From Candidatus Baldrarchaeum yapensis (GTDB taxonomy: Archaea > Asgardarchaeota > Baldrarchaeia > Baldrarchaeales > Baldrarchaeaceae): a DNA stretch of 32,000 nucleotides. This document shows, in pieces, positions 26,819 through 32,000 of the stretch. The notes beneath the pieces are model-generated. The model was not told the origin of the DNA. It did no database searches and saw only the letters and a list, made by a program, of their open reading frames with translations. The DNA is taken from positions 15,535 through 47,534 of the forward strand of contig JAEOSH010000012.1 in NCBI GenBank assembly GCA_016840465.1. Direction: 5' to 3'. Position numbers and translations under genes: made by a program. Each line of letters starts with the position of its first letter. The first letter of the stretch is position 1.

Positions 26819-26844
26819 TATCGGATATTACTTAAAGTCCGATA
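26819..26844. promoter_or_regulatory. Inverted repeat TATCGGA-N12-TCCGATA in the nnr / phosphatidyltransferase divergent intergenic region
   Basis: Perfect 7-bp arms (26819-26825, 26838-26844) around an AT-rich spacer containing TTAAAG. Confidence 0.35.
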
Positions 26845-26906
26845 ATTAAATATCCCCTCATATCTTTTAACTCAAAATCGGCCATAACCCTACATAGGTA
26901 ATCGAA

Positions 26907-27482
26907 ATGTTGAGTAGGCTGAAAAACATCGCCGAAAAATTGTTAGCACCAATCGCTAGGGCGGTACTAAAAGCGGGTTTATCTCCGAATGTTTTAACAG
27001 TACTCGGTCTCGTTCTTGCCGCTCTTGCTGCCTTATTTTATTCCCTGAAGGGAATACTACTCGCACTTATATCACTATTCGTATCAGGACTTCTAGACGC
27101 TCTTGATGGAACGGTTGCAAGAATGTCTCAAAAATCATCGGCGGCTGGCGGCTTTCTGGACGCGGTTTCCGATAGGTACAGTGATGCTTTTCTCATACTG
27201 GGTATTGTCATTGGCGGATATTGTGATGTACTTATAGGGCTACTTGCGCTATCCGGTTGCATGCTTGTGAGTTATGCGAGGGCGAGAGCCGAAAGTTTAG
27301 GAGTGCGTGAGTTTGGCATTGGATTGGCGGAGAGGCCCGAACGCTTAATCATAATAATGGTGGGAACCGCCTTAGAGACGGTACACGCCGGAAGCTTATA
27401 CGTGAGTATGATAGTTCTCTCAATACTCGCGCATATAACCGCAATCCAAAGGACATTCTACGCGCTCAGGTGTCTGAAGTGA
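26907..27482 (+). CDS. CDP-alcohol phosphatidyltransferase (archaetidylinositol-phosphate synthase-like)
   Basis: SPNVLT, signature DALDGTVAR...GGFLDAVSDR, SYARARAE, ERPERL. Confidence 0.93.
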   Translation: MLSRLKNIAEKLLAPIARAVLKAGLSPNVLTVLGLVLAALAALFYSLKGILLALISLFVSGLLDALDGTVARMSQKSSAAGGFLDAVSDRYSDAFLILGIVIGGYCDVLIGLLALSGCMLVSYARARAESLGVREFGIGLAERPERLIIIMVGTALETVHAGSLYVSMIVLSILAHITAIQRTFYALRCLK

Positions 27483-27819
27483 GATCGAATACGAGGTCTA
27501 ACAGTTTCTTCAAAAAAATTTTTGCCTGTTTCATAGCGTTTTGCCCCTTTTCCGTGATCACATAGTACTTTCTTGCGACCTCCCCGGATCCCTTTATTTC
27601 CTGCACCTCAACTAACCCCTCTCTTCTGAGCGAATAAAGAACAGCATAACTTGTAACCTTGCCTGGCGTGAAATTAAACCGCTTCTTTATCTCCTCCCGC
27701 AACTCATAACCGTACTTGGGGCCCTCCTGCAGAAGTCTCAAAATGTAGATCCAAAGATTCTCCCTAGTTAGTTTAGAAATTAGACGGTCTAGCGCCTTGG
27801 TTCTCTCTTCTATTTTCAG
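27466..27819 (-). CDS. PadR-family transcriptional regulator (start uncertain, probably non-canonical)
   Basis: LRLLQEGPKYGYEL, YAVLYSLRREGLV, RKYYVITEKG. The frame stays open upstream of the track's TTG (27741) through LKIEERTKALDRLISKLTRENLWIYI, with no ATG/GTG/TTG. Confidence 0.88.
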   Translation of the reverse strand: MKIEERTKALDRLISKLTRENLWIYILRLLQEGPKYGYELREEIKKRFNFTPGKVTSYAVLYSLRREGLVEVQEIKGSGEVARKYYVITEKGQNAMKQAKIFLKKLLDLVFDLTSDT

Positions 27820-27835
27820 AACCCCCTTGAGGGTT

Positions 27836-28129
27836 CTATCTTCTTCCGAGCGGTACTCTCTTCTTTCTCTCCTCTTCAGGCCTTATCTTAGCGATCCCGT
27901 AGTAAACAGCACATCTTATACAGTAATAAACAGTATCGGTACGTGTGTATATGTATGCCCCCTGCTTCCGTAGCTCCTTCATGAGCGAAGGGTCAACTAG
28001 GCTTATCCTCCGTGTTATCTTTTTCGCCTTATCTCTCGGCACCCTTTGACCGCACTTGCAACATTGGACGTACTCGGTTCGCCCCTTACTACCCTTCGAT
28101 CTTCCACCACTTTTTCGTTTCTTTGGCAA
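27836..28129 (-). CDS. rps26e: Small ribosomal subunit protein eS26
   Basis: MPKKRKSGGRSKG, VQCCKCGQRVPRDKA, YYCIRCAV, KIR. Confidence 0.96.
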   Translation of the reverse strand: MPKKRKSGGRSKGSKGRTEYVQCCKCGQRVPRDKAKKITRRISLVDPSLMKELRKQGAYIYTRTDTVYYCIRCAVYYGIAKIRPEEERKKRVPLGRR

Positions 28130-28272
28130 GATTTTTCCTCCAGTTCCTCCTTCTACCTTAATTTGTGATAACTACATACCTTAAAAATGTTCTGTAAAAA
28201 CGAAATTCACGAAAAACAAATAAAGTGGAGGAACGCACAGCACCTAGCATCGCGTTACAGAGCAACGTATCG

Positions 28273-28908
28273 TCAGAATCTAGTGGATGCCACTATGAGT
28301 CCTGCCATCGTGATATGCAACGCAAAGTACTCGAGTAACATTTCAAAATTCAGCAATAAGTGATGTGAAAGTGCCCATACCACTAAGCATAACGTTAGCA
28401 GGGCTATGCGCGCACTTTTCAATTTTATTGCGGAGAGAATAAACACCGATACTATCAGCAAACCCCCGCTAATTGCATAAATTTTCATTATTGCTGAAAA
28501 CCACAAGGGGACCCCGGGCTCGTCAAATATCTCCGCCCTGACGACATGTATCCCGATGAACGGCAATGATAGTAATATGCACACCACGCTTACAATTATC
28601 AGAATTCTAATCGCCCGTCTCAATCCTCTATGGACAAAAATCTCCGAAAGTAACAGCCAGCCTATCGCCCCAGTCGGCATTCCTATGGTGAACCATATAA
28701 GTGCAAACATATCTCTCGAAAACAGGCCAACCGACCATATCAGTACATCTATCTGCCCAAGTATTCCAAGTACATAGTAAATGGCAAAAAACAACGTCCC
28801 CTTCTCCACCTTCTTATAAACAATTGCAGGCCTTAGCAATAAGTATGCTGCAACCACAGACGCCAAGATACTAGTCGTACCAACTACCTCGAGAACCATG
28901 AAAATCAC
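28273..28908 (-). CDS. Stand-alone predicted 7-TM membrane protein
   Basis: Seven ~20-aa hydrophobic segments by eye; basic loops after segments 1, 3 and 5. Start overlaps the GTPase stop (GTGA), or ATG at 28899 with a GGGTGA RBS. Confidence 0.8.
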   Translation of the reverse strand: MIFMVLEVVGTTSILASVVAAYLLLRPAIVYKKVEKGTLFFAIYYVLGILGQIDVLIWSVGLFSRDMFALIWFTIGMPTGAIGWLLLSEIFVHRGLRRAIRILIIVSVVCILLSLPFIGIHVVRAEIFDEPGVPLWFSAIMKIYAISGGLLIVSVFILSAIKLKSARIALLTLCLVVWALSHHLLLNFEMLLEYFALHITMAGLIVASTRF

Positions 28909-29468
28909 CCTATATTCTCCAATATTTTCAAGAGCAGAGTCTCAAACGCCTCCTTTACCCCCATACCGGTGATCGCCGAAGTTCGCATCACCTCAACCTC
29001 ATCTCCCAATCCAAGAGCGCTCTTTAACTCCTCTGGGGAAATTACGCCATTAAGGTCACATTTGTTTATGCAAAAGAGCAACGCCGTACTCCGCTTAATC
29101 ACGCGTTTCAGCTCCTCCCAGCATTTTTTATTGAGCTCTATGCAGGTGCGTTGCCCATCCGCTACGAAGATGACCCCATCGGTTCCCCTGAGTATCGTGT
29201 ACCTGGTTCCTGCGTAATAATCCTGTCCGGTAGCCGTCCATAGATTCACCTCCAACGTCCAGTCATCAAATTTCAGTTTGATTACCCCAAAGTCGAAAAA
29301 GAGAGTCCTTCCGGTAGTGGTCTCGACGGATCTAACATGGTCGTCGTATCCCAGTTCCTTCAATAGAGCCTTCAGTGAGGTGGTCTTTCCGCTCATCGCA
29401 GGTCCATAATACACGATCTTCAATTTTATCGTTTTATTAGCGCGATCTACAATCATGATCATCACCAC
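28905..29468 (-). CDS. MglA-like small GTPase (second paralog)
   Basis: KIVYYGPAMSGKT, TGRTLFFDF, TATGQ, GTDGVIFVAD, NKCD, TSAITG. ATG at 29462 overlaps the upstream stop (TGATG). Confidence 0.93.
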   Translation of the reverse strand: MVMIMIVDRANKTIKLKIVYYGPAMSGKTTSLKALLKELGYDDHVRSVETTTGRTLFFDFGVIKLKFDDWTLEVNLWTATGQDYYAGTRYTILRGTDGVIFVADGQRTCIELNKKCWEELKRVIKRSTALLFCINKCDLNGVISPEELKSALGLGDEVEVMRTSAITGMGVKEAFETLLLKILENIG

Positions 29469-30355
29469 AGACTATCGATCCAGTCGCTAATGCTGCGAAT
29501 CACGCTCTTAGAAATCAAATCTCCGAAATCCTCTCCCCACTCGGCCCTAATAAACTCAAGAAGGCCCGCAATGTCTATGTGCGGATAGAGTATTGTCTGT
29601 AGTAAAGTCCTATCGGAAATCCTATCCCTCATACCAACATTGTTAAGTATTCTGAGTTTGTAAAGAAGTATTAAGGCCCTCCTAGCCGCATGCACGAAGT
29701 TCAGAACCTCATTTCGTAGCAACTCCTCCTTGAGCATAGTCTCCTCGGTACTGAAATCTAAGAGTATATCCGAGAGATCGGTATCCAACCTCAGTCCGCG
29801 AATTCTCCTCCTGATGACTTTACGCATTCTGCTCAGAGCGGTATGAGTCCTCACAATAGCATTTTCAATTAACTGCCTTTCAAATCCATAAAGCCTTTCC
29901 TGATCTCCCAAGGACTCCATGCGCACTCCATCGCTCAAGTATAAGACCTCCACAGGTCCGGAATATCTGAAAACTCCCTCAACAATCTTATTAGTATCGT
30001 TATTTGGCTCTCGAAGAACCCCCAAAACCCAACCCTTGAAGTCAGAAAATTTCTCGAGCGCCATTTTCACATATCTGCATGGACACACAATTACAACTCG
30101 CTTTGCATGTAAATCCTGTCTCTCTCTCCTCAGGATTTCTTCGTACTCCCTTGTAGTTATGAAATCTATACCAAAGATGACTTTATCCCTATGAGGCGCA
30201 AATGAAGCTATATACTCAAGCATTAAATCCACGGATCCCCCATTTTCCCCAATAACGATAATGGGCCTCCTTAATAGCAGTGCGCTCAGCAACCTCGCCA
30301 ACTCGTCTACATTCAATGACGAAAATATCATTGAGGGCGAAAACGTGCCCTTCAT
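29462..30355 (-). CDS. Putative cDENN/dDENN-like protein lacking the uDENN (longin) module
   Basis: FSSLNVDELARLLSALLLRRPIIVIG...IASFAP, WVLGV and VEVLYL follow the recalled cDENN pattern (F..l.v..ll.l..alLleRRIv....L.P ... PyliGi ... vvmlnvD); helical C-terminal half. Alignment by eye only. Confidence 0.6.
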   Translation of the reverse strand: MKGTFSPSMIFSSLNVDELARLLSALLLRRPIIVIGENGGSVDLMLEYIASFAPHRDKVIFGIDFITTREYEEILRRERQDLHAKRVVIVCPCRYVKMALEKFSDFKGWVLGVLREPNNDTNKIVEGVFRYSGPVEVLYLSDGVRMESLGDQERLYGFERQLIENAIVRTHTALSRMRKVIRRRIRGLRLDTDLSDILLDFSTEETMLKEELLRNEVLNFVHAARRALILLYKLRILNNVGMRDRISDRTLLQTILYPHIDIAGLLEFIRAEWGEDFGDLISKSVIRSISDWIDSLW

Positions 30356-30357
30356 GT

Positions 30358-31302
30358 TTACCCCCTCCTAAATATCCTCATTATTTTGGATAATATTCCG
30401 GATAGGTAACCTCTATGTCTGTTTCTGGTGTTATCTATCAAATCCCTTAATTTTTTGACATACGAGGGAAGAAAGACCTTTATAAGACCAAGCCTTAACC
30501 CCTCTTTTGAATTCTTGAGTGCAAGAATGCCGACGCTTATGTCGTAAAGAATGTAGTTGGTCTCCTCAAAATCACAAATAAACTGAGTCACCTGACTTCT
30601 TTTAAGCGTCCATGCTAGCCTCTTCGAAACGTCCATCACTGAATAGAGAAAGGGAGCTAAGTACTCCAACTCGCTACCATTCTTGGAAACGGTAACAACA
30701 GGCGTTCCTCCATCAATTATAAATGCCGCGGACATAACTTGAGGTATTACTTTCATCAGGCCGTCAAGAAGCGATCTTATTGTACGAATTTCATCATCAC
30801 TGAACTCGAAAACCTCCCTCTCTACAGTGTCCACCTCTAGCGACCCCGGCCTCAAAGAGAACCTCTTAAGAGTCTCCAACATGGCATCATCAATACCCTT
30901 AGGAGGAACCCTAAGATCCCTCAACCGTAACAACTCGGGATACGCAATACTCACAAATTCGTTGATCTTCAAGAAAATCGCGCCCATATTTACCGATGCG
31001 TGGGTCAATACGGCAAGGCGCAATTCCTCAATTTGAGGGAGAGATGATATTATGAGTTTTGCCCTATCGCCTTCTATTACTACATAGTTCGGATTCTTGT
31101 TGTGTATTTGATGGACCGCCTTTATTATGGCCGCTACCGATGAGCACACTCCTAGTACCTCTTCCTGACTAAGCCACGCACCCGAAATTCCCAGCGGGTA
31201 TCCGTCCTGCTGAACCAGTACCACGACCTCAACTCCGGGTACTTGCCTAATCATCTTAAGGCGAGACGCTATGCTGCTTTCCATGGCTGCTCGCCCCTCC
31301 AC
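30358..31302 (-). CDS. Tandem (double) Roadblock/LC7 protein with C-terminal amphipathic helix
   Basis: Domain 1: VPGVEVVVLVQQDGYPL...VVIEGDRAKLII...VNMGAIFLKI. Domain 2: IPQVMSAAFIIDGGTPVV...LRLGLIKVFL. Tail GYLSGILSKIMRIFRRG. ATG at 31284, after a GGAGGGG RBS, is a likely start. Confidence 0.85.
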   Translation of the reverse strand: MEGRAAMESSIASRLKMIRQVPGVEVVVLVQQDGYPLGISGAWLSQEEVLGVCSSVAAIIKAVHQIHNKNPNYVVIEGDRAKLIISSLPQIEELRLAVLTHASVNMGAIFLKINEFVSIAYPELLRLRDLRVPPKGIDDAMLETLKRFSLRPGSLEVDTVEREVFEFSDDEIRTIRSLLDGLMKVIPQVMSAAFIIDGGTPVVTVSKNGSELEYLAPFLYSVMDVSKRLAWTLKRSQVTQFICDFEETNYILYDISVGILALKNSKEGLRLGLIKVFLPSYVKKLRDLIDNTRNRHRGYLSGILSKIMRIFRRG

Positions 31303-31379
31303 ATAAGTGTCTCTAAGAAATGTATAAAAACCCCGAAAGATCGCGTCTTATTCAGTCATGTAGAAAATTGGGGATAACA

Positions 31380-32000
31380 ATGAAGTTGGGTCTGGTCTAC
31401 GGGAAAGTATTCCTGCAACACTCCGTTTCCATACTAAGACCGTGGATGGAAGCTTTTGAAAGTCCGTTGAGATACGAATGTGTAATTAGGCATCTGAACA
31501 CAAAGGGCATACTAAGCAATAATAGAATAATACGCATACCTCCTGAAAGGGCAACCTTCGATAGTATTCGCAAAGTGCACTCGTCGTACCTCGTAGATAT
31601 CGTCAGAATTCTTTCGACGTTTGGAAAAGGGGTCGTGGGGCACTGCTCCCATGTTTCCGATCATTTATCAAATGTGACACTATACGCATGTGGAAGCGCA
31701 ATAAGAGCCGGCAACGCTGTCTTCCGAAAGGAAGTAGATATGGCATTCGCCCTCATTCGTCCTCCGGGCCATCATGCAAGCAGGTCACACGCTGAGGGAT
31801 TATGCTACTTTAATAACGTGGCGGTGTTAGCAAGCCATCTGAAGGAAGAACATGGCGTAGAAAGAATACTTATAGTCGATCACGACACGCACCCCGGCGA
31901 CGGAACCATGGAAATTTTTTATAGCGATAAAAATGTCTTTGTGTTCTCAATACACGAATATGACTTCGAGTACCCTGAGAGGGGATGGCTGGGGGAAAGG
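31380..32000 (+). CDS. Histone deacetylase / acetylpolyamine amidohydrolase family protein (3'-truncated; absent from the ORF track)
   Basis: Manual translation from ATG at 31380 is open to the window end: MKLGLVYG...ESPLRY...RKVHS...RPPGHHA...GLCYFNNVA...ILIVDHDTHPGDGT...FSIHE. Confidence 0.93.
   Translation, partial: MKLGLVYGKVFLQHSVSILRPWMEAFESPLRYECVIRHLNTKGILSNNRIIRIPPERATFDSIRKVHSSYLVDIVRILSTFGKGVVGHCSHVSDHLSNVTLYACGSAIRAGNAVFRKEVDMAFALIRPPGHHASRSHAEGLCYFNNVAVLASHLKEEHGVERILIVDHDTHPGDGTMEIFYSDKNVFVFSIHEYDFEYPERGWLGER

Noticed and set aside
26279-26845. 188-aa plus-strand ORF
   Set aside because: Antisense to nnr, which has complete family motifs; the same reasoning applies to the many other short ORFs nested in acdAB, alaS, purA, pyrG, herA, DUF460 and apgM.
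28273-28908. 7-TM protein as a microbial rhodopsin, heliorhodopsin or schizorhodopsin
   Set aside because: No retinal-binding Lys in the seventh helix (YFALHITMAGLIVAS) and no recognisable helix C motif.
1-32000. CRISPR arrays, tRNA/rRNA genes, IS elements, integrases, inteins, in-frame Sec/Pyl recoding
   Set aside because: None detected by eye: intergenic gaps are short, no direct-repeat/spacer pattern or cloverleaf was seen, the core genes are of normal length, and no gene appears split by an in-frame stop.

Overview
Gene-dense archaeal chromosomal window with AGA/AGG- and ATA-rich codons and GGTGA/GGAGG-type ribosome-binding sites. It encodes eS26, two MglA-type small GTPases, six Roadblock/LC7 domains and a DENN-like protein, which points (by inference) to a probably thermophilic Asgard archaeon. 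The middle is mostly housekeeping: uppS, acdAB, GPN GTPase, alaS, purA, pyrG, nurA-herA, rio2, DUF460, Sm protein, apgM, pfkB, MoaD/SAMP, Nudix, nnr, CDP-alcohol phosphatidyltransferase, PadR and rps26e. Each end carries a small-GTPase signalling module. The left module has four Roadblock genes around an MglA; one of them is a truncated minus-strand gene that the ORF track missed. The right module is a tightly coupled four-gene operon: tandem-Roadblock protein with an amphipathic tail, cDENN/dDENN-like protein lacking its longin part, MglA-like GTPase, and a stand-alone 7-TM protein with predicted N-out/C-in topology. This operon is the best candidate for an undescribed receptor-GTPase system. 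An unannotated box C/D guide sRNA with a perfect 15-bp terminal stem lies between purA and pyrG; its D guide is predicted to methylate the LSU rRNA adenosine equivalent to yeast Am2281. No CRISPR array, tRNA, rRNA or mobile element was seen. All family assignments come from motif recognition by eye, not from database searches.
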